Positions 9,541-18,556 of a stretch of DNA of 64,000 nt are shown piece after piece. The first letter of the stretch is position 1. Each line of letters opens with the position of its first letter. A model generated the notes under the pieces. That model saw nothing but the letters and a program-made list of their open reading frames with translations. It was not told where the DNA came from and searched no databases. The position numbers and the translations under genes were made by a program. Source of the DNA: a virus; the IMG/VR virus record IMGVR_UViG_3300017743_000005, positions 2,804 through 66,803 of that record. The stretch is one strand, 5' to 3'.

Positions 9541-10938
9541 TTATCCTATATACAAAAAATTTGGAACTTTTCGCAAATTTTCTTGTAAATTATCAGAAAT
9601 TTGATTCAAAGATTCACTCGTAGTGCTACGACTTGTTACCTCTAAATCTTCTCTTAGTTCAGTAATAAGTTGCTCTTTTTCAGACGATGCTTCTGACCTC
9701 AGTGCATCACCATCAAGTGAGGTTTCTCCACCTGGAATAGGTAAACTTTGATATTTTGAACGAATTGAACCGAGAAGTTCTTTACACAACGCAAGATAAT
9801 ATTTCATAATCCATCGTTTTCCTACATCATTTATTGTTGCAAAACTATGAAACTGATATGGAACATTACTGACATCTGTTATGGAGTCAGTTGAAGATGT
9901 AAATGACACATCATCGGATATGTTGCTTTTTTGCAATACGGATTTTGCAGTTCCATCGTTTAGTCCTGTGGTTGAGTTGTCAACTACAACTTGTTCTGTT
10001 GTTTCTTCCGTGACATCAGTTTGATTTTTAGGCATTACATTAAATTCATCTGCATCAACATACCCCTGTACAGCTGCTATATCTCTTTCTCGTTTAAATA
10101 CATAATCAAAATACAAAGTATAATCTTTAGTTGGAATTGGAAAAATTGTTAACTTATTATTAATAAGTTCAAAACTATACGCACTTCTTCGTATTTGTTC
10201 ATTGAATTCAATTGCCTGTAATCTTAGTAAATCTTCATTAATAGGACGGAGTAGAAATTGTGTTCCTCTTGGTGACATCCCACTCCACCCAAACTCACTT
10301 AGCATATTAGAAGCAGACATTCCCGAATTTGACATTGGGTCGTAAATTTTATTTATACTAGGTGGTGGTTCGTGAAATACTCGTTTTACTTCTATTTTTT
10401 CAAGTTTTCTTTCACCTGTACGTGGGTCTTCATAATAATAATTAAACAAACCCTGTAAATCATATGTTTGTACCCCATTTTTGACATCAAGACCTGCCCG
10501 TCTCCAATCAACATTACCACCTGTACCAACTTCTGCTCCGTATGCCTCGGATAGTTTTAAATAAAATGGAAGTGGTTGTGTCTGTAAAACCGATGTAGTT
10601 AAATTAACACTCGTTGATGTGCCACGCAAACTATACAAATTTTGCTTGATTGAAAATTGATTAATTTGTGCACTGTATTCAGTAACTGCCTCTTCATAAC
10701 AAGCATAAAACTGCACATCTACCATCTCAATATCAACTATTGGATATCCAAGTCGTGTAGCTGCCCACGAAGCAGACTTTTGAGCAAATGAAACGAATTC
10801 CGGATCATTATCAAAAAAACCAAAAGGAGTTTTTCCCACAGGAGAAGTGGTCTGCCCATCCCAACGAACTCTTTCTAGTTCATGTAACTGATCATTGGGA
10901 CTTTGACTTTCTTCCTCGTATTGTTCGTTATCTTCCAT
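9541..10938 (-). CDS. gp13: Neck / head-tail adaptor protein (gp13-like)
   Basis: RLGYPIVDIEM at the N-terminus; WIMKYYLALCKELLGSIRSKY...PGGETSLDG at the C-terminus. Confidence 0.8.
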   Translation of the reverse strand: MEDNEQYEEESQSPNDQLHELERVRWDGQTTSPVGKTPFGFFDNDPEFVSFAQKSASWAATRLGYPIVDIEMVDVQFYACYEEAVTEYSAQINQFSIKQNLYSLRGTSTSVNLTTSVLQTQPLPFYLKLSEAYGAEVGTGGNVDWRRAGLDVKNGVQTYDLQGLFNYYYEDPRTGERKLEKIEVKRVFHEPPPSINKIYDPMSNSGMSASNMLSEFGWSGMSPRGTQFLLRPINEDLLRLQAIEFNEQIRRSAYSFELINNKLTIFPIPTKDYTLYFDYVFKRERDIAAVQGYVDADEFNVMPKNQTDVTEETTEQVVVDNSTTGLNDGTAKSVLQKSNISDDVSFTSSTDSITDVSNVPYQFHSFATINDVGKRWIMKYYLALCKELLGSIRSKYQSLPIPGGETSLDGDALRSEASSEKEQLITELREDLEVTSRSTTSESLNQISDNLQENLRKVPNFLYIG

Positions 10939-10998
10939 GTCAATAAATATTAGATAGAAATATATTACCTCGTAAAAATAAATTATATAAACATATAC

Positions 10999-11030
10999 AA
11001 AAAAAGAGAGGTCCCGAAGGACCTCTCTTT
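10999..11030 (-). terminator. Terminator after the major capsid gene, with C(UUCG)G tetraloop
   Basis: Minus strand aaagagaggtcc-ttcg-ggacctctc-T7. Confidence 0.9.
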
Positions 11031-11054
11031 AAATTTTGATCGTTTGCTCTAAGA

Positions 11055-12482
11055 TTAAACTTGATCTGCGTTTTCAACAGAGAGTTTACCGTAGAATTCA
11101 GGACGAACCATCTTCTTAGCATAACGAGTCATTACACCACGACGTGGAGTAAAGTTGACTGGATCGTATACTAATGGAGTTTGGATCAACGGAATATACG
11201 GAGCATAAACTGCACCAGTTTCAAGGAAGTTTGCACCTCTGAAACCTACGAGAACGTCACCACTTGTCATGTATGGGTTCTTGTAAACTTGGAAACGGTT
11301 GTTTAATGCACCGACTTTAGTAACACCCATTGCAAACTGAGACTGATTTCCGTCTGTGTCAGCAGCGTATCCTGGAATACTTTCAAGAATTGTAGCAACT
11401 TGTGGAGAACAAACCAAAAAGTTTGCACCACCACGAAGAGTCAACTGATGAATTGTGTTACTCATCTTTTGAATCTTTGTTCCTAATTTTTGAAACATAG
11501 TTCCTTGTGTTTCACCACCTGCGAGTGCTTGTGCAGCGTTAAACGCAGTTGTGTCCACTGTTCCTGCTTGTGTGATAAGCATATCAAGAATTTCCAAATC
11601 AATTTCCATTGAAACGTACTCGGAAAGAAGAGAAGTCAATTCTGCTTCTGCGTCAATACTATGATAAGCATTAAGGTCTTGTGCCAACTCAGGTGTCCAC
11701 ACTGCTTTCAACTTACGTGTCTTTGCAACGATTGGATCACTTTTAAGTTCCAAGTTAACTTCAGGAATACCAGCATCTTGTGATCCTGTTACTGCACCTT
11801 CAGTTGCATCTTCAGCTGCTTCAAAGTCACCACGTGTGATATCTGTTGTTTCAACATGATAGTGAAGTGTTCCGTCAGCAGTTGCTTTGTTGTCTGCGTC
11901 AAGAGCAGACTCTGCTCCTCCACCGTCTACAACCTTAAATGCACGAACACCATCAAGGTCTGCGTCTGTTGCTACGTCAACTCCAACTTCTTGACCAGTT
12001 GTAATAGCAACTTTTTGATCATTAAGAGAGTAACCATGACGACCTCCTCCGTAAAGACCACCTTCTGCTTTATCGGTGGACTTAGTTGCTCCAGAACCAC
12101 CGAACAAACTACCACTTGATTGACGTGATTGTGCTGTTCCGTATTTGAAGTCTAAATAGAAAATCAATCCTGATGGAAGATTCATTGGTTGAACCGAAAC
12201 GAATTCCTTCGCTGCGATTTCTGCAAATACACGACGAACAAGAGGAAGTGCCACTCCACTCCATTCTTCTGATCCATTGGATGTTCCTGTACGTGAACCC
12301 TCATCGATCAATTGCTTTGCCTGATTTTCGAGTAGAATTGCCATTCCACTTTTTTCTGTATCTGTACCGATACCTTCTAATAAACCAGTCTTTTCCCACT
12401 TTGAAACTAAACCACGGGTTTCCGCCATAAGTTTTTGTTGAGGATTCTGACTGTCCTTTAATAATTTACTAATCTCGCTCAT
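11055..12482 (-). CDS. gp23: Major capsid protein (T4 gp23 family)
   Basis: AILLENQ, LPLVRR, VQPMNLPSGLIF, AKTRKLKAVWTPELAQDL, YAPYIPL and GVMTRY motifs. Confidence 0.97.
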   Translation of the reverse strand: MSEISKLLKDSQNPQQKLMAETRGLVSKWEKTGLLEGIGTDTEKSGMAILLENQAKQLIDEGSRTGTSNGSEEWSGVALPLVRRVFAEIAAKEFVSVQPMNLPSGLIFYLDFKYGTAQSRQSSGSLFGGSGATKSTDKAEGGLYGGGRHGYSLNDQKVAITTGQEVGVDVATDADLDGVRAFKVVDGGGAESALDADNKATADGTLHYHVETTDITRGDFEAAEDATEGAVTGSQDAGIPEVNLELKSDPIVAKTRKLKAVWTPELAQDLNAYHSIDAEAELTSLLSEYVSMEIDLEILDMLITQAGTVDTTAFNAAQALAGGETQGTMFQKLGTKIQKMSNTIHQLTLRGGANFLVCSPQVATILESIPGYAADTDGNQSQFAMGVTKVGALNNRFQVYKNPYMTSGDVLVGFRGANFLETGAVYAPYIPLIQTPLVYDPVNFTPRRGVMTRYAKKMVRPEFYGKLSVENADQV

Positions 12483-12526
12483 TTTATTATTCCTTTTGAA
12501 TTATGTTTTGTTTTTAACAGTTTAAA

Positions 12527-13888
12527 TTAAACTATCCCTGCAAGTTTTTTGAATCGGTTAGCAAGTTCATTGCCTTCTGATAAAATCTGCTTGGATGGTT
12601 TAGTTGATTTGATTGCCTTTGAAGCCATTCCTTCTGAAATAGACTTGGTCTCATTATGCTTAGTACGTTGTGTACGTTTAGCACGTGATTCCACGACTTG
12701 CTCGGAACGTTCATTTATTGAACGGAACGACTCACCAAGGGTTGCATAGACAAGTTTTGCTTCACGAACGTTTTTCGTTAAGTCGAAACTTTCTACTACT
12801 TTTAATTTTTGTGATTCCACTAATACAAACTCTTTAAACAATTTATTTGTATAAAGAAGTTTTGCATTCAACAAATTCACTTCATTCAACTTACCACGCA
12901 AATATTTGTAGACCTTGCGGTATTCTTCGTTTTCTTTTTGAAGTTTGTCATTTTCAGTTTTCAGTTCTGATAAATCTGAATCGTCAATCTCTTCTTCAAT
13001 ATTAGACTCTTCTTCGAGTTCTTTGAGAATTTCTTCAAGATTGATTTCTTCGTCTTCTTCTTCATCGTCTTCTGAACATGAACTTTCTTCAAGTGACTCT
13101 TCTTCAGATTCTTCTTCGGTTTCTTCTTCATCGGATTCTTCTACAATCTCGATGTCGATTTCTTCGTCAAGTTCTTCTGATTCTTCGTCTTCTGATTCGT
13201 CCGAATCTTCAACTTCTTCTTCTTCGGTTAGACTTGAACCCTGTGGATCATCGCAGTCTTTACAATCTGCTACGTCAACATGGTTTTCGGTTTTTCCGAT
13301 TTCGGAAGAGTCAGATTGTTCTTCAACTGATTCGTCTGATTCGTCTTCTTCGTCTGATAGTTCAACTTCGTCTTCTTCACTAATTTCAAGTTCTCTTTCG
13401 AGTTCTTTAATGATATTTTCGAGATTGATTTCGTCGTCAGATTCTTCATCTTCACTTTCATCGTCTAAGTCAAGCTCCTCTTCGTCTGCACTAGCAACTT
13501 CTTCAGATTCTTCTTCAGATTCTTCGGATTCAAGTTCTTCTTCGGATTCTTCGGATTCAAGTTCGTCTTCAACAGAGTCTTCAACAGAGTCTTCGTCGTC
13601 TTCGGAATAACTTCCTTCTTCAACTTCTTCTTCTGCGTCTTCACTTGCTTCAACTTCTTCGTCCTCAGATTCTTCAGAAACTTCAAGTTCTTCAGTTTCT
13701 TCTGATTCTTCTGCGTTCTCTTCTTCGGATTCTTCGGCATCTAAATCCTCGTCTTCTCTTAACTTTTTCGTAAGCATACTCTGTAATCTTGGAGCGAATG
13801 CTTCTTCTAGAGCAAGACGAGCATTTGCCAATGCCGTTTCACGGACTGCTTTTGCATCTGCGATTGCTTCTTGTAATAATTTACTCAT
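12527..13888 (-). CDS. gp22: Prohead scaffold/core protein with very long acidic region
   Basis: Directly upstream of the capsid gene; D/E-rich middle; conserved ends LLQEAIADAKAVRETALANA and LNEVNLLNAKLLY...RFKKLAGI. Confidence 0.75.
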   Translation of the reverse strand: MSKLLQEAIADAKAVRETALANARLALEEAFAPRLQSMLTKKLREDEDLDAEESEEENAEESEETEELEVSEESEDEEVEASEDAEEEVEEGSYSEDDEDSVEDSVEDELESEESEEELESEESEEESEEVASADEEELDLDDESEDEESDDEINLENIIKELERELEISEEDEVELSDEEDESDESVEEQSDSSEIGKTENHVDVADCKDCDDPQGSSLTEEEEVEDSDESEDEESEELDEEIDIEIVEESDEEETEEESEEESLEESSCSEDDEEEDEEINLEEILKELEEESNIEEEIDDSDLSELKTENDKLQKENEEYRKVYKYLRGKLNEVNLLNAKLLYTNKLFKEFVLVESQKLKVVESFDLTKNVREAKLVYATLGESFRSINERSEQVVESRAKRTQRTKHNETKSISEGMASKAIKSTKPSKQILSEGNELANRFKKLAGIV

Positions 13889-14045
13889 TTTTTTTGTTTT
13901 TCCTATTTTTTCTAAAGTTATTATTAAACTTTAATCGATGAAACCTTTTTATGACGTGTTTCCAATAGTGTGGAAGCATTTGTAAGATAAATATATACTT
14001 ACGTATGAAAATATTTTAAAATATATAAAAAAATTTAAAAAATTT

Positions 14046-14076
14046 AAAAAAAAAGAGAAGAAATCTTCTCTTTTTT
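14046..14076. terminator. Intrinsic terminator
   Basis: aaaaaagagaag-aaat-cttctcttttt hairpin. Confidence 0.7.
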
Positions 14077-14103
14077 AATTTTTATTTCTAAATTTAATAG
14101 ATA

Positions 14104-14790
14104 TTATAGAACTTTTCGGGTACCCGCTATACGACTTAGTCGTTCGGACAATGTAAGTTTTGACCAGTCATTTGAGATTGTGTATGTTTTACCTGCAATT
14201 TCGATTTTAGAATCATCTTCATTGGATTCCTTTACCTTATATGACTTACCATCTACTTCAAACTCATCGTCACCGTCTTCCTTTGCCTTAGTAACAGCTG
14301 CACCAAATGCGTTGCCCTCTTCAACATCTTCATCACTTTCTGCATCAGACTCTTCTTCACCGACAAATTCTTCCGTGTCTTCTTGCTCTGTGATTTCTTT
14401 TTTTTCTTTTAACTTATATTTTTTACCACCCACTTCAAATTCGTTTTCGTTGTTTTCACGTGCAGCCTTTACTGCGGCCCCAAATGCGTTGCCTTCTTCT
14501 ATTTTTTCATCATCGTCAGATGAATCATCAGAGTCTGTTTCATTTTTTTGCTTTTTAAGAATTGCTTTCTTGAGTGGTTCAGGAAGTTTTTCTTGTGCTT
14601 TAGTGAGTCCTTCATCAACACCCTCGTCAGATGAGTCATCAGAGTCTGTTTCATTTTTTTGCTTTTTAAGAATTGCTTTCTTGAGTGGTTCAGGAAGTTT
14701 TTCTTGTGCTTTAGTGAGACCTTCGAATAATTCTAATTCAGAAATTACTTCTTTGATAATTTTTTTTAGTTCGGTTCGTGTGATTTTCAT
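14104..14790 (-). CDS. Repeat-containing probable internal head protein
   Basis: Two 37-aa-period repeats (EGLTKAQEKLPEPLKKAILKKQ) and two EEGNAFGAAV..EFEV.GK.YK repeats. Confidence 0.65.
   Translation of the reverse strand: MKITRTELKKIIKEVISELELFEGLTKAQEKLPEPLKKAILKKQKNETDSDDSSDEGVDEGLTKAQEKLPEPLKKAILKKQKNETDSDDSSDDDEKIEEGNAFGAAVKAARENNENEFEVGGKKYKLKEKKEITEQEDTEEFVGEEESDAESDEDVEEGNAFGAAVTKAKEDGDDEFEVDGKSYKVKESNEDDSKIEIAGKTYTISNDWSKLTLSERLSRIAGTRKVL
14513..14724. repeat. Near-perfect direct duplication, period 111 bp
   Basis: 14513-14613 versus 14624-14724 differ at 2 positions by eye. Confidence 0.9.
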
Positions 14791-14815
14791 AATAAATTAT
14801 AGTTTATATTGGTTT

Positions 14816-15508
14816 TTAGAAATTTTTGCTCAAAAATAGTTTATTGTAGTTTTTAAGTAAAGATTGATCATCGTGTTCAAATTCGGTTGTGTGGGAGCAA
14901 GTCTGCTCAGTCAAAAACTTAATTAATAGTGTTTCTACTTGATGAAGTTCATCTGTTTTTAATTCATATAAGTTTGAATTTTTATTTTGGGCATCTTTCA
15001 CTATTATTTTTGAAAACTTAGTAAATAAACCTGGATCAAACATAGAACTTTTTCTTTTATTTTTTATATTTTCTAGTATAGGTTGAATTGTGTTTTCATT
15101 TATGTCAACTGATTCAATAATAGATGTTACACTTTCAGAAATTAATTGTTCATTTAAATTAGTTAAAATCTTATGGTTGTTTCCACGGATTCTACTTAAT
15201 GAATCTGACACAGACATTGTATATTCCATCAACTCTCCATAAAATTCAGCAGATGGACAGAACTCATATATTTCTACTTGACTTCTATAATGTCCACCGA
15301 ACCTAGATTCTAAACATGGATTGAATTCTAAATTATTGTTTTTTGCGTAATCGTTTGCATCCGATGTAGTTCCAGTTAAAATTGTTTCAGTTACATATCC
15401 GTTGAATCCTAAACTTTTTTTGTTTAACTTTCCAATGATAGTATCTTCAAACTCAATATTTTCAAGCAAATGCTTTTGTACAAGATTCTTAATTTGTTGT
15501 TTCTTCAT
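14816..15508 (-). CDS. Hypothetical head-region protein
   Basis: Likely start is ATG 15508 (MKKQQIKNLV), overlapping the end of the upstream gene. Confidence 0.65.
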   Translation of the reverse strand: MKKQQIKNLVQKHLLENIEFEDTIIGKLNKKSLGFNGYVTETILTGTTSDANDYAKNNNLEFNPCLESRFGGHYRSQVEIYEFCPSAEFYGELMEYTMSVSDSLSRIRGNNHKILTNLNEQLISESVTSIIESVDINENTIQPILENIKNKRKSSMFDPGLFTKFSKIIVKDAQNKNSNLYELKTDELHQVETLLIKFLTEQTCSHTTEFEHDDQSLLKNYNKLFLSKNF

Positions 15509-15950
15509 TTTTTGTTTCCTGTGATATTTCAAAGTAACGATTGAGAATATTACCCATATCCTCATATAGACCTTGCATACGTTGTGTAAAAATTTGTCGT
15601 TCGTTTGCAGTTTTGTGAAACTGCTTTGCCAGTGACTTTAGTTCATTTAAGTTTCTCTTTACACTAACTGCATCGAACCAATCATCAGTTTCACTCAACA
15701 TATACTTAGATGCAGACGAAACAATATTGCATAAATCTTCTGCAATATCTATGTCACTTATATTTGTATTTATGTATTTTTGGTAATTAGTAAATTTATT
15801 TACCTTTTCTCCAGTTTCTTGTTTCTCTCCAGTAGACAATGTTTCATCAGAAAACAAAGACTCAGTTAAGATGTCATCAGAAACTTTTATTGATTTTAAC
15901 TCGTCTACTAAAACTTCTTCTATTATTTTTACAAGTTCTTGTTTTTTCAT
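15489..15950 (-). CDS. Hypothetical head-region protein
   Basis: ETDDWFDAVSVKRN...LYEDMGNILNRYFEI; translationally coupled to the protease gene. Confidence 0.7.
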   Translation of the reverse strand: MKKQELVKIIEEVLVDELKSIKVSDDILTESLFSDETLSTGEKQETGEKVNKFTNYQKYINTNISDIDIAEDLCNIVSSASKYMLSETDDWFDAVSVKRNLNELKSLAKQFHKTANERQIFTQRMQGLYEDMGNILNRYFEISQETKNEETTN

Positions 15951-16579
15951 TTTGAAGACTCTCCAATTTCCCCGAGGATTTCATGTATTATAGATTCAAC
16001 ATTGCAAAATTTAGTACAAACTCTACCAGATGTTATTGTTTGTTCTTGGTTTACAGATTCATTCATAGCAACGGGTTCTAAAAACGCACCCCGTGTTGAC
16101 GGGTTACTTACAAAGTCAAATGCAACCAACTCAAAGTCATCGTTAACAAGTGTCTTGCCCTCGGATTCACGTGTAGTTCCCATACCACGTGAACTTATTC
16201 CAAGTGTAATTCCTGACTTAAAAAGTTCTTTTAATATATTTCCTGCTGGTGTACTCAAAACTTCTACTTTTCCAAGAAGACTATCACCGTCCCACCACAT
16301 CTTAGTAACATTGTGACTTACATTCTGTAGATTAACCACACTGCTTTCTGGGTGGTCTAATTCTCCAAGTGCCCGTTTGTCGTTAATTAGTTCTTGGTAC
16401 TTAGTTGCTTCTCTCTCAAGTAAATTTCTTCCATACACACGACCATTTTGATTTTGCTCTTTTGCTTTTTGCAGAATACCTTGCACAACAAGGTTTCCGT
16501 TGTTTTCATTTATACTCTCGTTTATTTGAGTTCTATTAAACTCAAATGGCATGGTTGATACTAAAACTTGCTTTGTCAT
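15947..16579 (-). CDS. gp21: Prohead core protease
   Basis: NQNGRVY, ALGELDHP, LSTPAGNIL, GISSRGMG and FDFVSNPST catalytic-region motifs. Confidence 0.95.
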   Translation of the reverse strand: MTKQVLVSTMPFEFNRTQINESINENNGNLVVQGILQKAKEQNQNGRVYGRNLLEREATKYQELINDKRALGELDHPESSVVNLQNVSHNVTKMWWDGDSLLGKVEVLSTPAGNILKELFKSGITLGISSRGMGTTRESEGKTLVNDDFELVAFDFVSNPSTRGAFLEPVAMNESVNQEQTITSGRVCTKFCNVESIIHEILGEIGESSK

Positions 16580-16660
16580 ATTATATAAGTATATATCTAA
16601 AAATAAATATTTATATCTATTTAAGATAAAGTTTTAATATATACTAAAATCAAATTTATA

Positions 16661-17152
16661 TTAAATAGACGAATTGCTTATATCATCCAAGGAAATATGT
16701 TCTTCAAGAGTATTATTTGTTTTAATTTCGTTAGAAGATTCGTTTGATATTGCTTTGTTTTTTATCAAATTTATTTCATGCGTACAAGATAAACTTGCAG
16801 ATGTTAATGACTTAATAACCTGATCAATGCTTGATTTAACACCTTCGAGGGTTTTTGTAAGATCGTTTGAACTAAAACCAACACCCTCTTTTATAGTATT
16901 ACAACTAATTGAATATCCATATAGATTTGTTTCTGTATTTTTTTTCAATGTTACACTTAGTTTAGAACTATCACACGATGTAGTATAATTCACACCGTTT
17001 GCTTTTTCAGTCCAATTTGATGACAACGAGTTTTTAAGTTCTGTTGTCCATGCATCTGATTTAGTTTTTTTGGGTTCTGCTGATTTCTTTGATGAAAATT
17101 TTCTTTCTAAATTACCCGCATTTATTATATCTAGTCTTGTGCAATCTTCCAT
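16661..17152 (-). CDS. Hypothetical protein
   Basis: ORF track; tightly packed in the operon. Confidence 0.55.
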   Translation of the reverse strand: MEDCTRLDIINAGNLERKFSSKKSAEPKKTKSDAWTTELKNSLSSNWTEKANGVNYTTSCDSSKLSVTLKKNTETNLYGYSISCNTIKEGVGFSSNDLTKTLEGVKSSIDQVIKSLTSASLSCTHEINLIKNKAISNESSNEIKTNNTLEEHISLDDISNSSI

Positions 17153-17156
17153 TTTA

Positions 17157-17621
17157 TTACCTCATATTTCTAAGTTTATCGGTTATCTTAAATATTCTTT
17201 CTTCCATACGACCAATAAACTTACTTGTTGTTTTCCAATATTTTTTACTATCGGTTTTTGTTTCGTTTTTAAACTTCTCTGCAACAACAATTAGTTTTTC
17301 AATTTCTCTTAAATTTTTATTTATCTCACGAATAGTTACACCAATTTTTTGCACAGGAGTATAATCCGGATGATCTCTAAATAAATGAAATAGACTTTTA
17401 CCTTCACTTATTGTATTGTTGTTATCTTCATCCGTAATTTCATAATCAAAAACTTCAGCACGATTCTTTATATTTTTTTTATGTACATCCTCGTCAGATG
17501 ATTTATCAAATGCAAATGGTGTAGAATATCCGTCAACATTAGATGTTGAATTTAGTTCACTTACTTGTTTTTTTATATAAAGACGAATTAAATCTCTAAA
17601 TTTTTTTTCAACTAGATTCAT
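17157..17621 (-). CDS. Hypothetical head-region protein
   Basis: GYSTPFAF motif; overlaps the upstream gene. Confidence 0.65.
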   Translation of the reverse strand: MNLVEKKFRDLIRLYIKKQVSELNSTSNVDGYSTPFAFDKSSDEDVHKKNIKNRAEVFDYEITDEDNNNTISEGKSLFHLFRDHPDYTPVQKIGVTIREINKNLREIEKLIVVAEKFKNETKTDSKKYWKTTSKFIGRMEERIFKITDKLRNMR

Positions 17622-18477
17622 GCTTCTTTAATTCTTTAATTAATTCGTATGACATAAGTAATGTAGTTACCTGAGAATCTTTTACCACACGACCTTCACG
17701 AATATTATCTAACTGAGTTACTACTTCGTCTAATTTGATGGAAACAACTTTATCATCGATAATTTTATTTTTAAGAGAAACTAATTCTTTTTTAACTTTT
17801 GGAATTTCTTTGTTTATGTACTCTCTCAAACTATTTGTATTTGAAATATTATTGATATAGTTTTTTAGTAAAGTTTGTTGACTTTCATCTAAACTACTAT
17901 ATTTTTTATTGAAATTATTAACAAGTAACTTATAACTGATAAGTCGTAGATCTTCATTTTGCTTTTCGTACATTTCAACCACTTCTTCATTTTTAACCGA
18001 ACTTGTTTTTTGATTTAGTATGTTTCGTACAATTGTATTTTTTGATTCATATATCTCTTTTGGGTCACAAAATACAGTGGGTGTCTTACTTTCAAATAAC
18101 TTGTATATACTTGCATAGGTCTTATAATTTCTTATCTTAGAACGAAGAAAGTCATCCATTGGATAACTACTCTTCATCTCTTTAACGAGATTGTATCTAG
18201 CATTGCTTAATTCAGATGAATTTAGTTTAGAGTGAGATTGTACAACTACATCAAGGAACTTCTCTGCCGATGATTCGTCTGAAAAAGTTTCTTCCATTAG
18301 AAGTTGATATAATCGTTGCTCTTGACCTAGTACCGATTCTTCGGAAAAGTAATTACGCATAAGTTCATTGGCATATGACTTTTTGTTATCGTTTAATATA
18401 TCCGCAGTAATTTGTCTTACTAATAACTCAAATAATATGCCGGTATTTTTAAATTTGCTATGTTTTAATTTTTTCAC
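17608..18477 (-). CDS. Hypothetical protein downstream of portal
   Basis: GTG start; KHSKFKNTGILFELLVRQIT N-terminus; TATTTAT motif upstream. Confidence 0.7.
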   Translation of the reverse strand: MKKLKHSKFKNTGILFELLVRQITADILNDNKKSYANELMRNYFSEESVLGQEQRLYQLLMEETFSDESSAEKFLDVVVQSHSKLNSSELSNARYNLVKEMKSSYPMDDFLRSKIRNYKTYASIYKLFESKTPTVFCDPKEIYESKNTIVRNILNQKTSSVKNEEVVEMYEKQNEDLRLISYKLLVNNFNKKYSSLDESQQTLLKNYINNISNTNSLREYINKEIPKVKKELVSLKNKIIDDKVVSIKLDEVVTQLDNIREGRVVKDSQVTTLLMSYELIKELKKHESS

Positions 18478-18556
18478 GTGAACTTTATGATAATAATGTA
18501 TATAAATATAAATATAGTTAATATTTCTTAAATTTAATTATCATGCTAATTTTATT

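Noticed and set aside
10940-11122. 60-aa ORF after the capsid gene
   Set aside because: It overlaps the capsid C-terminus out of frame and runs through a terminator and promoter motif.
12945-13610. Plus-strand poly-Ser ORF and other plus-strand ORFs (14180, 43930, 58989, 60369 and others)
   Set aside because: These are antisense shadows of low-complexity or codon-biased minus-strand genes, with no independent signals.
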